A DNA stretch of 64,000 bases from positions 24,676,001 through 24,740,000 of the forward strand of contig NC_043013.1 in assembly GCF_006345805.1 (NCBI RefSeq). The letters are read 5' to 3'. Of the stretch, positions 33,966 through 48,526 are shown one piece after another. Source of the stretch: Octopus sinensis (taxonomy: Eukaryota). Position numbers and translations under genes: made by a program. The first letter of the stretch is position 1. Each line of letters starts with the position of its first letter. A model generated the notes under the pieces. The model was not told the origin of the DNA. It was given only the letters and a program-made list of their open reading frames with translations, and made no database searches.

Positions 33966-35508
33966 GTATGTAGTTTGACTCATTAACATGCACATGGATG
34001 TAATTTATATGAAGTGTGCTAGTATTTGAAATGTTATTTCTTATACACAAATATATAGTAGATGAACATTGATAGAGACAAACTGTTTTACTGATCTAGC
34101 TAACTTGCTTTGATACAAAATATTTGAATATTTGATGTTAAACAACAACTACTACTACTACAACAAGCAGCAGTAGTAGTAGTATATGAACTGTTTAGGA
34201 TCCTGTAAATATATCATCTTTAGAAATGAAAATATATTTGCTTTGAGACATCGATTTTAGATCAGTGGTTCAATTTTTTGACATTGTGACTCACTGGAAA
34301 TCAGATTTTAAAAAATTGCTAGTACACTTTGTATGAAAAGTTAAAAAGAAAACATTGTTCTAAAGTTAAAAATTCAGTGAGATATGTAGAAGACTATTGT
34401 TCACCTCATTCTGTCAATCATATCTGTGTATAACAAAATTATCTATAACATGTTTTTAAGAAGCTCGAATATTAATTTTCTAGAGCTCTAATGATATTTT
34501 TGACCATATCATACCATTTGACGCTCTTTATGATTACAATCATGGCAACCTCGACAAAGGTAATTGTTCAACAGCAGTATTATTAATCAGTCCACTTTGG
34601 GCTAGTGCTGTTATGTAATCAAAGCTGTAGTGATTTAATTATTAACTGAATTAAATTAATTTGTATCATTTCATTGACTATGTTTTCCCATTCTTGTTTG
34701 AGTTAAAACATTCAATGAAGCCTGCCTCTGTCAACAACTGGATTGAGTGTATTAAACTCTATAAAAATTGTTTTCGTGTGTACAAAGGTCTTAGAATTAA
34801 ATGTTATTTTTAATGACTACCCTATAAAGTAATAATAACTTTTAGATTTTGTCTTTATACTAGAGTTGATTTTGTTTTCTATATGACTTTTAAAGTTCAT
34901 GGTGTGAGAAATATTAGATCTTAACATTCTTTAAGTGATGTTCTTTTACTGTGTCACCAAAACAACCAACAAATAAGACTGAATCATTGCATATTTGGAA
35001 TGTTAGGTCAGAGTCATTCTGTTGACTATCACCATGCTTTAAATTAGCTCAAGAAAACACCGAGAGAAACCACAGTCACAGAGACTAATTTGTGAATTTT
35101 TAAAATTGTCTATACTTTGTCTAGTATCAAATTGTTATTCTGAGAAGGAGCAACAATAGCCACTGTTGGTAAAGATGCTTTATTTAAATTGTTGTCAGTT
35201 AGAAAGTTAGTAATTGAGGAGATACATTGGCAGAAAGTTTAAGTGGAGTTTTCTGTGAGAGAATATGTTTAGTGCAGAATCTGAGAAGTGACCCTGCACT
35301 AAACAATGATCCACAACACTAGCCAATTCTTAAGATGTATCTCACTCTCTTTGCCCCTTTTCTGCATGCAGATGGTAAGAGAAGGCTTATCTACCAAGTT
35401 GGGAGTCTCTCATTGAAGCAGTATAAAGCATGTGTATAATTGTAATTTCTTTTTTCAGTATTACTTGCTGTTTTTATGCATAAATTGTTTCAATTTTTCT
35501 TTCCTCAG

Positions 35509-35721
35509 AAATGGAATTCTGGATCCTTCATTATTGACTCGCAATTTTGCAATGTTCCTTCATTTGTTGAACCACTTAAAAGGTGTTTTAAAACTTCCTT
35601 CTCCAATAACTGAAGTGAAAACATGTTCTATAGAATTACGCCAATTCCACCAAGATATGATTGCTTATTGTACCAAGAACAACTTTGGTTATCTGCTGTG
35701 GAAATATTGCCAGATTCATAA
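35509..35721 (+). CDS. SPG11: Spatacsin exon 12 (NGILDPSLL...FHQDMIAYCTKNNFGYLLWKYCQIH-K)
   Basis: Matches recalled human FHSQFILYCLEHSLQHLLYVYLDCYK; canonical sites. Confidence 0.92.
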
Positions 35722-36552
35722 GTATGCAGCCTGTTGTTTACTTTTACAAAATAGTTTTGCTTTTTCTTTCACCTTCCTTTCCTTCATCTACTGCAAAGTT
35801 GGAGTTTAGTTACACTGTTTCACATTTTTCTCTAAGGTTACTACATTCTGTGTAGACTTATAGAATAGCATGAATGATGAAGAAAGTGCAACAAGTTTAA
35901 AATGCCACACTGTGCACTCATACAGTGAAACATGTTCTATCTGAGAGCACACACGGTATGATCCTTTTATAATCATGGAGCATGGTACATCTGGAGCAAT
36001 GGATCTGAGAATTTAATTTCATTATACCTGATTCTCACATTGAAGATAAGTAAGTTGATAATGTATAAGACAAAGTATCTGAACTGTTTTGTATTTTGAA
36101 AGCTACACTTAGTGTCTTCAGTGAAGACAGTGACACTCAAATTTTACAATTTATCCAGTTGTAAATTTATGTTTCATTGTAAGAATAACCCACCATTGCT
36201 ATTAGCAGCAGCACTGTAAATAAATATTTACTTCCCTTGTAGCACTGAGTTGTACTCAGGACTTCCTTTATATATGCTATATGAGCACAAATTCTTTATG
36301 AGAGCTTCATAGTGGATCTATTGATAGTTAAATGTACTAAGATCAAATCCTTTTGAGATCAACTTTGATTTTCATTTCACAGAAGTCAATAAAAATAAGT
36401 AATATAGCGGAGTTGAGCACCATCAATATTGCTCACCTACAAAATCTTGCCAAAAGATATTAATAATATCTGACATTTGTAAAAGTGCCCTAAATTATTA
36501 ATGTAATTTTTTAAAAATTAGAAATGCTCATTGATATTTTCTTTTCTTCTAG

Positions 36553-36653
36553 GATTAGCCCCAAGCAATTATCCTTGCAATACTTTGAGAGTAATGAAGA
36601 CATGTGGATGAAGATGTTTAACAGCTTTTATGCTTTATCTATAAACCCTTATG
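36553..36653 (+). CDS. SPG11: Spatacsin exon 13 (ISPKQLSLQYFESNEDMWMKMFNSFYALSINPY-D)
   Basis: Acceptor cttctAG|, donor G|GTGAGT; phases 2 to 1 fit. Confidence 0.88.
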
Positions 36654-37344
36654 GTGAGTTGATAGATTTTATAACATAATAGATTCATGCAGAGCATCAG
36701 TACAAATAGATTATTGATGCACTTACAAAATTTTGAATTGTATTTATAGCTGTACCAATTGTTGATAATGTTTACATACTGTAATTCAGAAATCTATTTA
36801 GTTCATTGACATCTTATTAGTTCAGTTAATTGTTTCAATATATAATTTATGCATTGAATATTTTGGTTCTTCTGACATATAGGAAAGGTTGTGACACTTA
36901 TGTCTTTCACAAGGGCTTTAATTGATTTCTCATCACACACATGCACTCACTGCATATAAATATGGAGTAGCTTTTCTTTCAAATATGTCATGTTAGAAAC
37001 ATGATTATAACTAATAGAAAGAAAGCAAGATTTCTGTTGTGCTTAATTTGAATTGCACTCTTAGGTGGACAGGAAAATCAGTTGCAAAGGAGAGAAATAC
37101 TGAAGGACCGTATGCAGACAGTTGCAAAATTGCTTTGGGAAATGCAAGAGGTTTATGTATGTTTGCTGTAAGAAGGACCAGCTATAAATATTTTAGAGCT
37201 ATCTTCTTCCCAAATCATTAATCTCCATTTCTATACTGCACAACAAATGACATGCATATTGGTACACTATTATGCACATGTTTTAGTTTTAGTTGTATGT
37301 AGATCATCATTTAACTAATTCTAATGATTTTTCTTGTTTGGCAG

Positions 37345-37490
37345 ACACCAGCCCCATCTATGAAGCTAGCTTGTCCAATGCTGCAGTTGTTTGGAACTTG
37401 AAAGAACCATCCGTTACTGACCTCATTCGAGAAGGTCATGTTTTGGCTGCCTTAGCAACTATTCTCTATGGCAATGACCTATTAACCTCA
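37345..37490 (+). CDS. SPG11: Spatacsin exon 14 (TSPIYEASLSNAAVV...EGHVLAALATILYGNDLLTS)
   Basis: Strong match to recalled human ASLANAQIL...EGHTLLALATTMYS. Confidence 0.95.
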
Positions 37491-38479
37491 GTATGGCTTT
37501 CTTTATTATATAATTTTTTTTACCGTATCAATTATCTTAAAAATGTTTTATACAAATTTCATGGATCTTTAAGGGAAATATGTGCACTACTGCCTTCTTC
37601 AGGATTTTACACAATTAACATGATTAATAAACTTACATTCAATTTGTATATATATGTCAGTATGTGTGAGAACAGATCTGTTCTAGCAAATCTAATGTGG
37701 GCTATTCCACAATATAAATGTGAGTATAACCAGAAGGTGTGAAGGAAAGGTAACATGTAAAAGCAAAAATAGATGAAGTTGATGAGGATCTAGATAGTGT
37801 TGTTGAAGGAGAATTATAGGGTCATAGTGGCGAGAGAAGAGATAGCTTAGCTTGAAGATCCTACCACCCTGAAGATGACAACATTCCTTCAAGTTGATGC
37901 CAAATGCAGTTGGTGAACACACTGATGTGAGTGGATACCAAAAGCCAAGCAGCAGAATTTTCCACAAGTGAGACAGGGAACCAATGAGATAGATGTTGGG
38001 GACAATCTAGCTGCAGCATGCCTTGTTTGGTGCTCATCAAGCTATTGATGGAAGGGGCACATCCTGATGAAGTGGTCAGTTCAGCAATGTTGATGTTGAA
38101 GTTGAAGGAGTTGCAGCATTCCAAGATGGTTTGATGTAAAACCCTGTCTTCCCTTCAGATACCCCTCCCCTTCTCTTTCTCTTCATCTCTCCTCCCCCTC
38201 CCATTTTCTCTTTGTCTCTTTCTCTCTTTCCTTTTGTGTATGTATTTGTTCTCTTTTATCTAATTCTCCTTCAGATCTTTGCAAGCATGCAGATGCAAAT
38301 ACTCGCACAAGTACACAAACGTCTACAAATACATACACATAGCAATACATAACCATAGGTACATACACCTCACAGAACCACAATACATATATATACATAC
38401 AACACATGTACACATTCAAAAAGGTGCCCAAGGTTGTTGTTGGAAAGATGTTGGATAATCTTGTGGGAGTTTACCAAGT

Positions 38480-40400
38480 CAGTTGCCAAACGTCAGAGCT
38501 TTAATGTGTCCATGCCAGAGAAGCAGGACATTGAGGGTATGATAGATGCCTGACAGCAAGTATTCATCTGGTTGCACATTTCTGGACAGTTTCCAGGAGA
38601 TTGATATGCTGAGCAAGGTAGGGGTCCCACCCTGGTGATGCAAACTAAGTGTGGATATACCATAGTCATATACAGCTTCAAATAGATAGCTGAAGAGTGG
38701 CTGACAAAGGACTTGCTGAGTGATGCTAAGACACCTTCAGCCTTCTTGACAATCTCAAAGATGTGGTTTGTCCAACACAGATTACTGTTGACTGTAATTC
38801 CTAAGTCACATTCACTAACTGACTTCTTAAGATTGGTGTTGTTGAGGGATTATATAAAAGTTGAGATTTTCCTTTCAAAATGCATTGTGATGCACTTGTC
38901 AACAGCTAGCTTGAGTTGTCAGTTAATAATCCACTGCTGCATTGTGTCCAGGTCTGATTGCAGGAAGGGTCTATAGCAGATAAAATTTGTTCTTTTTATC
39001 TTTTTAACGTGATAACGTCTGCATATTTGAACACTGTAACATATTTCAAGTTCTATGTCATTAATATATGCAACAAACAACAGGGGTCCAAAAAAGGACT
39101 CCTGTAGTACACCAGATGTCATCTCATAGGGTGAATATTGATGTTTTAGAACCGTGATTACCTCTTTTCGACTGATAATGAAGGACTTAACTAGTTACAA
39201 AGATCAACTTTCACAACCATTGCAGTAAGTTTTGCTATGAGTCGTTTCTGTGGCACAGAATTGAAGGCTTTAGCAAAGTCAAGATAGATAACATCCACTT
39301 GTGAGCTACCATCTGTGATTCAGATGATGTACTCAAGAAACTTGATGAGTTGTCTACAACAGCTGGAGTTGGGGCTGAATCCAAATTGTGAGGGCTAAAT
39401 AAGGCTCTGAGAGCTCCAGAAGTTTCAGAGTGTTTCTCTGACACAGGATTCCATCAGTTTGGTGATGCAGCTAGTTAGACTGACTGGATGGTAGTTGGTA
39501 GGTGATGTACAATCATTTTTTGAATAGGAGAATGACACTGGTAATTTTCCACTGATCTGGAGTGACACAGTTGTTAAGGTAGAATTGGAAGAAGAATGAA
39601 AGTTGGTGTGATAGAAAGAACCTGCCATGTGTGAGAAACAGTTAAGTAACACCATCAAGATCAGGAGAGACATAGTTGTCTTGTTCTTGAGATGGCATTG
39701 CAATACTGCAGTTGTAAATTTCACAGATGTTGTAGAACTTGATGTCAGAGGTAGTGAAGATGGTACAGTTAGATTTTCAATAGTAAAAATGCCAACATAG
39801 CATTCAGCAATAAACTCTGCTCCTTCTTTGTGATCATCAGTAATTTGACTTGCATAGGGATTGCAATGAGGGCCAACTGGAGAGGTCTCTGCTTCGAATA
39901 CATATATTTCCAGAACACTTCGCTCTCAAAGTTAGTTTCTTGCTTGAGATGGTTGGACGATCTACTGCCCCTTTTATTCTCCTTTGTTCTATGTAGTCCT
40001 GTTCAACAGCATGATGTTCTTTCCTAGCAAGATGAACTGCTGCAGTCTCCCAAATTTCTCTTTAAGGATGCTTTAAGCATTTGTGTGATACTGATGCTTC
40101 ACATGCAGCCCAGATTGAACTGAGGGTGTTCTAAAGTGAAGTATTGACATCTCCAGAATCATAAAATTCAAACCAGTTTGGGCATTGAAACTCAGCACAG
40201 TAACAGTTCCAATCTGCTTTGTTCCAGTCAAAGTGAGTAGTTTGGAGGTGATGATGCTTCTTATTTCTGCCAATAAGAAACAAATTGGCAATGATCATAG
40301 CATGATTGTTGCCAATAATTAGCAAGTTCTGGATACTTCTTGTAGATCAGTGCATTTAATTTGTCCAGCTGGTCACAGTACACATCTGAATTGATGTTCC
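38480..40400 (-). mobile_element. Degenerate CR1-like LINE (endonuclease C-terminus and RT)
   Basis: FDWNKADW, NYHPVSLTSCITKLME, SGVLQESFFGPLLFVAYIND. Confidence 0.8.
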
Positions 40401-40519
40401 TATTCATGGGAAAAAAGCTCATATAAAGCAACACTTAATCTTACCAAATTGAAAGCATAACTTTTGAAAGTCTTTTTGTGATAGTTTGCTGTGCTTCACA
40501 TTGTTTTAGTTTCTGTTAC

Positions 40520-41510
40520 CTAGGGGAATTATCTGAAAGTGTGGCTGTTAGAATAAGAATATCCTGGGCAAAGTTCAGAGAGCTCCTACCTCTGCTGATG
40601 ACAAAAGGCCTCTCGCTCAGAGTAAAAGGTAGACTGTATGATGCATGTGTGCGAACAGCAATGCTACATCACAGTGAAACATGGGCCATAACTGTTGACG
40701 ACATGCGTAAGCTTACAAGGAATGAAGTCAGTATGCTCCGCTGGATGTGTAATGTCAGTGTGCATACACGACAGAGTGTAAGCACCCTGAGAGAAAAGTT
40801 GGATGTAAGAAGCATTGGATGTGGTGTGCAAGAGAGATGAATGCACTGGTATGGTCATGTGTTGCAAATGAATGAGGACAGCTGTGTGCAAAAGTGTCAT
40901 GCCCTAGCAGTAGAGGGAACCTGTAGAAGAAGTAGACCCAGGAAAACCTAGGATGAGGTGGTGAAGCACAACCTTCAAACATTGGGCCTTACTGGGGCAA
41001 TGGCTAGTGTCCGGGACCTTTGGAGATATGCTGTGCTTGAGAAGACCCAACAAGCTAAATGAGACCATAGCCCTTGGCCTATGCCAGTGGGTGTAACTAG
41101 CCCATTTATGAATACCCTCATTCATTAGACAATAAACCTTGCTTATGAAGACCTATTGTGGCAAGTGAAATCGAAATCAAAATCAAAATCACTGACATGG
41201 CCAATGACAGTACTGCCTGTTTAGCACTCATTCCAGTGGAACGTTAAAAACATATCTGAGCGTGATTGTTGCCTGGGCCATGGATTGGCTCCTGTGCTGG
41301 TGACACATGAAAAGCACCATTTGAGCGTGATCATTGCCAGCGTCACCTTACCAGCACATGTGCTGGTGGTTGGTGTAAGGATGGACATCCTGCTGTAGAA
41401 ACCATGCCAGATCAGATTAACCTGGTGCAGCCTCTTGCTCACTAGTCCTCAGTCAAACCGTCCAACACATGCCAGCATGGAAAGCGGACATTAAACAATG
41501 ATGATGATGA
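40520..41510 (+). mobile_element. RTE-clade LINE 3' portion (RT C-terminus, 3' UTR, GAT tail)
   Basis: RIRISWAKFRELLPLL..KGLSLRVKGRLYDACVRTAMLH.SETW runs directly into the abundant repeat ending catggaaagcggacattaaa(gat)n. Confidence 0.85.
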
Positions 41511-42199
41511 TCCATTTTTTTCCCCATCACCATTCTCTTCAAAAAAATGATCATTTTCTTCATACATCTGCAACTAATTGTAGATAGAAATTCACTGGGC
41601 CATGTTCTCCTCATTCAGTTGGTGTAGGACCCAAACATAACCAAATTGATGCAGATAGTTTTCTACAGTACCTCGTATCTCTGGTCTTCTTGTTGTGAAA
41701 CTTTGGCAGATTTTTTTACTTTCAACTATTTTTCATTCTCTCTATACCTGACCTTTAAGTTCTCTTTTGACCATCTGATAATGTTCCCAATTCTTTGCTT
41801 TCATCCAATTTTGTCTCTTAGCTTTTATGAATTCTACTATTTCATTCCATCACTTTGTCATCTTACAGTTGACTGGTACTTTGCTCTAACAGCAAATCTG
41901 TGGCTTGCAGTAGGTTGTCCAGCAGAAATCTCCAGCTGTCTTCTATATTAGTGGTTTCCATCCAACCTTTCTCTTTACCTTATATTTCACAAGACCTCTC
42001 TGAACTTAAGCTTATCAAACGGTTCTTTCAGTTGCTGTACTTTCCTCTTCTTGGTTGACTTGTGTCTTTGAGCTCTTTGAGCTGTTATTCTGAACTCACT
42101 AATCACTATTCCATGTGGGATGGTACATTTATCTTGGGGAAAGACATTCTAGTTACAGTCATTTGTCTACTCCATTTCCTCATGGCTTTGAAAAGTATC

Positions 42200-42950
42200 T
42201 GATTTGTGTGTTTGCCTGATTAAAAGGGGATCAAATGATTGGCTGGTTTTTTTCTGAAGTTAGTGTTACAGAAGGTTAGATCATTTGCATCACCAAAAGT
42301 TCTTAGAGCCTTGATCAATTGACATTTCATGTACTGCATCCGTAGCCTCCATTTTATGCTGCAACAGCTATCATGCTGCAACAGCCAACATGACCATTAA
42401 AGTCACCATCTGTAATAATGTGGTTGATACCATTCGTGTTTGAGATGGTCTGCAAGAGGGCCTTAGAGACTCTCCTTTTGCTCTTATGTCAGAGATAACT
42501 GTTGTTTATGACTACACAACAATCAGTTTAAGATTATTTTTACTGTTCAAGCAAGTTTTAGTGTTGTGGGCTTTTTGACAGTCTTCTGTATCTTGCCCTA
42601 TCTCTAGATCCTCCCTCACCAACTTCCTTGCTCTCAATCCTACACTTTAACTCGCTTACTTTATCTATCCCTTTCTCTAGCAACAATATACTTATTCCAC
42701 CTAGCACACTATTATTTCCTGCATGTCTAGAAAAATGTGTTGTGTTTGTTTGTAAGGAGTCTAGCTAAGGTTGCACTCCATCATGCTTTTTGTTCACAGC
42801 ACAGAGATACTTGCCTCTACTCTAGCATCTCTACAATCTCTCCAGACATAACTTTCATTGTACAAAAATTGATCGTGGCAGTCCCTTAACTATCCCATTT
42901 CTATGTGCAGTATTAGAATAGTCAGTGTTAGTCTTGTTAGAGTTTTTCAT
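42200..42950 (-). mobile_element. RTE endonuclease fragment
   Basis: SGEIVEMLE.R.VSLCC and GDFNGHVG on the minus strand. Confidence 0.65.
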
Positions 42951-43503
42951 GATTTTGGCATTGGTTTATTTGTTCATTGTCCTTCCTTTGACAAACTATC
43001 TAACATCATGGACTAGAAGCAATTCATTGAACCACCAACACTAAAGAGAGGTTGTCTGTATAGACTAAAGTAACTCTTCTACACAATATCTGCTCTTGTA
43101 GATGGGTTGCTTTCATTGCAGGTTTCGGGATTCACATCTTCATCAAGGCTTATATTCAAAATCACTGCCCTCTTAGATAAGTTTACATAACTACCCCATG
43201 CAGGTTTTTATATGGAGTTACTGTTCTCTGCAATGGGGTGCATCGATGTGACTTCTGGAGTCCACATCTTCCCCATGTAGGTTTGTGTTCAGTGTCTACA
43301 ATGCTGTTAAAAGTGTCCACAGTGCATACCACATAAAATTAGTTATGGATCCTTGAGAGAAGAAAGTAATAGAAATGTTTTGTTACTTAACAATAGTACT
43401 TTATAAATAAAAAAGTAATATAAAAATATGATATTCATGTGGGTATACGTTGAAAGGAATCTAATTCTATATACATTTTGTTCTCTATAATAACATTTTC
43501 CAG

Positions 43504-43662
43504 ATGACTGCCAGTTCCACTGTTCCTGATATATTCCAAGGAATCGACATGAATCTTCTTGAAGATAGCCTGCTTCACTACCCTCGGCTACATGATGCTT
43601 TATTTCCAACTTCAGTGAAGAAAGTTTGCCAATATGATATCACAGTTTACCAGTTAATGAAA
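43504..43662 (+). CDS. SPG11: Spatacsin exon 15 (MTASSTVPD...HYPRLHDALFP...DITVYQLMK)
   Basis: Matches recalled human PYPKLKTALFP...DITIYHLIQ; 159 nt, phase 0 to 0, donor |GTAAGT. Confidence 0.93.
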
Positions 43663-44442
43663 GTAAGTAACTGAACTAATATTTTGCAAATTTGTTAAAC
43701 CAAAGAGTTGTTGTGTTCATTCAGAATCACAGTCAAAAAGTTGGAGATTACAAGGTGAGGTTTCAATATTGACATGTTAATCGTTGAAAGTAAAAACTTG
43801 GAAAATGTAATATTGTGAAAGAAATGTGGTTCTACATAAGAATGATGGTCAAGTTATGGGTAGAAAGTTACCATGTTAATTATAGAATAAGGGGTGATTG
43901 TCATAAGTAGATTTATGTGGAAGTGACATACAATTCACAAACTGAGAGAAGAGACTACTACAGTACTGTTTGAATGGACGGAAGGACACAACAAGTTGTG
44001 CCATAGTTTTACACGTGAAGACTGACATGTTGTATCTCAAGCATCAACTCATAGATGCTGTCAGGTGTGTTTGTGTTGACAATAGAAAAGGTGGATCGTA
44101 TTCTTCTTTTATTCTGTATACATGGACAGTCTTCTAATGTTGGGTAGATTTCAATTTATTCAAAGGTCAACAACCGATAAAAATTAATTGACAGTTTTAA
44201 AAAGAACACCTACTCTATACAATAAAGGCTTGGCTGTGTGAACACTACATGACTGGTATGAGTGGTTGTTAGATATTTGAAACTCTGTTAGTTTTGTAGA
44301 CTTTGAGAGTTTTAAGTATACATAACAAGAAACTGTGCAGTGTTATGTGTTTTTTGTGATGATTGTTATTGATTGGGTACTGTTGGATGATACTAAGTTG
44401 ACAAGTCCAAGTAAACTCACTTTTGTTTTGCATCTTATTTAC

Positions 44443-45385
44443 ATCATCATCATCATCATTTCACATCCGTTTTCCATGCTAGCATGGGTTGGACAGTTCA
44501 ACCTGGGTCTGGGAAACTAGGAGGCTGCACCAGGCTCTAGTCTGATCTGGCAGTGTTTCTACAGCAGGATGCCCTTCCTAATGCCAACCACTCCATGAGT
44601 GTAGTGGGTGCTTTTTACGTGCCACCGGCACAGGTGCCAGGGGAAGCTGGCAGCTGGCCACAATCAGTTGGTGCTTTTTACGTTCCACCAGCACAGGTAT
44701 CACAACTACAATTTCCATTTGATATTTATTTTGATGTTGATGCACTTGACTCAATAGGTCTTCTCAAGCACAGCAGGTCACCCTACAATCCAAGGTAAGC
44801 ACAGCAGGTCATTCTGCAATCCAAGGTACTTTGGATGGGCTGGGGCTGCTATGCGAAACTGGTGCAGAAAACAGCCATGAACTCACATTATTTGTCGAGT
44901 CTTTGCAGTCACAGCATATCTCCAGAGATCTCGGTCTTTTGTTATTGCCTCTGTGAGGCCTAACATTCGAAGGTCATGCTTGACCACCTTATTCCATGTC
45001 TTCCTGGGTCTCTCCCCCCGGATTCCTTCAACTGTTTGGGAGTGGCACTTCTTCACACATCTCTCCTCATCCATCCATAGTACATGACCATACCAGCGCA
45101 AACGTCTCTCTTGCACACCACATTCGATGCTTCTTATGTCCAGCATTTCTCTCAGGGTGCTGACACTCTGTCATGTGTGCACACTGACATTGCACATCCA
45201 GCGGATCATGCTAGCTTCATTTCTTTCAAGCCTACGCATGTCCTCTGCAGTTACAGCCCATGTTTCACTGCCGTGAAGCATGGCAGTTTGCACACATGTG
45301 TCGTACAATGTACCTTTCACTCTGAGCGAGAGACCCTTTGTCACCAGTAGGGGTAGAAGCTTTCTAAACTTAGAGACAGTTAATG
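44443..45385 (-). mobile_element. RTE-clade LINE 3' portion
   Basis: KFRKLLPLLVTKGLSLRVKG..., ERRLRWYGHV, then the same 3' UTR and (CAT)n tail on the + strand. Confidence 0.85.
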
Positions 45386-47715
45386 TGATGAAAGACATTG
45401 AGTGATGTGTGAAATTTTTTATTAATTAAAATCAAAATACAATTCAAATTTTTTTTAAGTTTACCCACTTTTTTTTTTTTGACCAGAGTGAATCATTTAG
45501 ATTAATTTTTCATCATTAAAGGAGTCACGTTAATCCAAATTTCCTAGCTTACTACATCAAATGTGCTAGTGTACATATCAGTTTTATATTTTTGTGCCAC
45601 AGTTATCCCTCAGTATTTTTCCTACCATGCTGAAAAGTTAATATACAAAAGAAAGCAAAAAAAAAACATTGCTGTCACTTGCAAGCAAGTGTGACTTGGT
45701 AGCATATACCATACTTTTACAAGTTGTTTTAGAAACTTTTGACTTGCTCATCCTTAAGCTAGTGGAAATCTCCGGGATAGTTTAGGAGAAGTAGGGCTGT
45801 ACTAGCACCCAAGTGGTACTCTCTTCAACTAAGCAATATGGAATGAATTGTTTTCCATATAGACACAATATACTGCCTTGTCTAGGAACAAAACTCATGA
45901 CCTTATAAATGTGAAACTTTCACCCTAACAATTAGGCTACACACTTTCACACATCACTCAATGTTTATTTACAAAAAACTCTCTCTCTCTAAGATGTAGA
46001 AGTTATGTTTCCACTATCTTTTGCTTATGAAATCTAATATAACCATAACTTGCCTAGAGTTGCCATTCTTTACCGCATACCAAATTAATTTTAATAAATT
46101 AAAATTTGGTGGTGGTTATAACTTAAAAGAGGGTAACCAATTGGAGTATTCTGCAAGACTGCAATGGAGGATAATGGAAAAACCTTATAGTTTGGCTTTT
46201 GCTTCTGCTAGCAGAAATGAACTTGACTACAATAACTAACTACCAAACTCAAAGAACAAGTGACTCAGAATTACTTGTAAAAAGAGCAAAGGTTACAGAT
46301 TAATGCCACCACAAAACTGTACATTTTCAATGGAAAGCAGGTTGTGAAAGTTGTAGATGATTTCTCTTAAAGTGGCTGTGATCAGTAATGATAGAAATAT
46401 AGACTCTGATATGTGGCAAGGAAGAATCCATGTTCCTAATGTATATTTTGAAAATAATGGAGAGAACAGTTAATAATGATATTCTCCAACACCTTGAATC
46501 TCTCTCACCCCTTAATGAGTGCTAGCACAATTTCCATGAAACTACATCTACTGATGGTCTCTCTGTTGTCATCTACCAGTAGTTTCTTGCTTTTGAGGAT
46601 TTTAGTGAAAGCTGTGTTATCTTCGTCATTATCAGCAAAACTTTCAAGTAAGTCTGACTTGTGAATCTCCTGTTGAAATTTTCTACTTATGGGCTCCACC
46701 CATCTTTCGTCTTTTAATTGGTTGCTTCTCATCAGATCACACTGTTGCTGCATGTGTTGATAAAATTATTTCTATCATTCATTTTATCAACTCCAGCATG
46801 CTCCAAGATTTGGTTTTATTCCCAACTCTTATCCTTGATCACATCTTGAAAAGAGCCATCAACCAATTGTTTAAAGTCATTCACCAGCACACTCCAGACT
46901 CTGGCTCACACTCCATACTGTCTCTTTTCTCAACGTTTCCTTCCACTATTATAATGGTTTCTACTGCTCAAAGTTGGCTGGACTCTTGCCATATCCTTTC
47001 AGACATTTCCATCTTACTCATCTCTCCTCCTTTTATCATCCTTGATGTACTCAGTATCCCCTGACCCTTGTACCAATCATTAATACCCAGTCCTTCCTCC
47101 CCAGGAATTTCTTTATTAATTATACCTTTTTTGTGGGTGTTGATTTACAAAGGTTTTCTAATGAGCAAGTATATTCCAGTGCATTTGCCAAATCTGGGTA
47201 CTGAGATGAAGGTCTAGCTATAGAATGCAACAGTTCCATTGCCAGCAGTTCTGTATGGTAGTGGAACATGGGAAACAGCAGCAAAAGTAACCAAGAAGTT
47301 GGACACATTCGACCAACACAAATGAGGAAATCTTCCTGCAATGTAAATCTCAGCCTCTCAAAACATCATGATGGTATGTTGGTTTCACCTGGTGAATGGA
47401 TTTTGTTTTGGTCAACCTTTCAGTGTGTAAAGATTGCAGTGATGTAGACACTAGAAAAAGGAAAATAGAAAATAGGCTGCCTTAAGAACACCAGATTCTA
47501 GACATTGTAGAAAGACATCAAATACATAAAGACCAATTGAACAAGAGTGCAAAGAACTATGACAGATTGACCACACTGATAGAATTTCACAATATGGGAA
47601 AACTTAGATCTTAATCTCCTTACCTTTTTGAACAAAAGCCATTCAGATAATGATATATACTAATAATTTTAATGAATTAAAATTTCTTGACTTGGTACAT
47701 CAAACGGGAAGGCTC

Positions 47716-47910
47716 TCACTTTTCTGTTTTATTTACTTGTGTTAGCATTGGTTAGACCAATACATATTACAATGCATCATCATCATCATCATCATCAACA
47801 TCACTTAACATCGGTTTTCCATACTGGCATGGGTTGGATGGTTTGATTGAAAACTAGTAAGCTGGGGAGCTTCACCAGGTTTCAATCTGATTTGGCATGG
47901 TTTCTACAAC
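47716..47910 (-). mobile_element. RTE 3' UTR repeat copy
   Basis: (CAT)n, then ttccatactggcatgggttggatgg. Confidence 0.65.
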
Positions 47911-48052
47911 TGAATGTTCTCCCTTCAATAATATATATTTGTCTAATCCATGCTAGCATAGAAAAACAGTTGTGATATGAGCAGATGAACAAAGTAAGTG
48001 ATTAATTTATGTGATAGCGAGCTAATTATGTGGCTTTGTTGTTCTGTTAAAG

Positions 48053-48119
48053 GGAAACACCCCATTTGATCCTGCCTGGTTGTATGGATGGCAGAATACA
48101 AATACATCAGTGGTTGAAG
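48053..48119 (+). CDS. SPG11: Spatacsin exon 16 (GNTPFDPAWLYGWQNTNTSVVE)
   Basis: Matches recalled human PFDPSRLFGWQSANT; sites AAG| and G|GTAAAT. Confidence 0.92.
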
Positions 48120-48526
48120 GTAAATCTTTATATTATATTATCATATTTTTCATCTGATTCTCTCTCCCTCTTTCTCATGATGCTCTTTATTTTACATTTG
48201 TTTCCTCAATGTTGTCATGGTTGAGCAGGTTTGTTCCAGTACAGTGTCCCTCTCCTTGTTGTAGTTTCTCATCATTTGATACACATTGATGCTGTGTATG
48301 TCATGTTTGTTTTTCATGTTATGTTTTTTTTCTATGATGAGCTGCCCTTCCTCTGCTAGCCTTTCTATCTCATGCACTGAATGCATTTTATGACATCCCT
48401 GACACTAGAGAAGTTACGTGCCATGACTAAAACTTCCTTTATCATGTACTTGCAGTAATACTTGTTGTTAATCCGATAATTACTTTTACTGTTTCTCGGT
48501 TACCACATTCAAAGTATTATTATATA

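Noticed and set aside
37692-38150. Independent gene or identifiable TE ORF in intron 14
   Set aside because: No recognisable motif; probably a decayed repeat that cannot be classified from sequence alone.
43105-43150. Hammerhead-like motifs (minus-strand TTGATGA...CCCGAAAC here; CTGATGA at ~38067 and ~54147)
   Set aside because: Stem I and the cleavage triplet could not be formed, or GAAA is missing.
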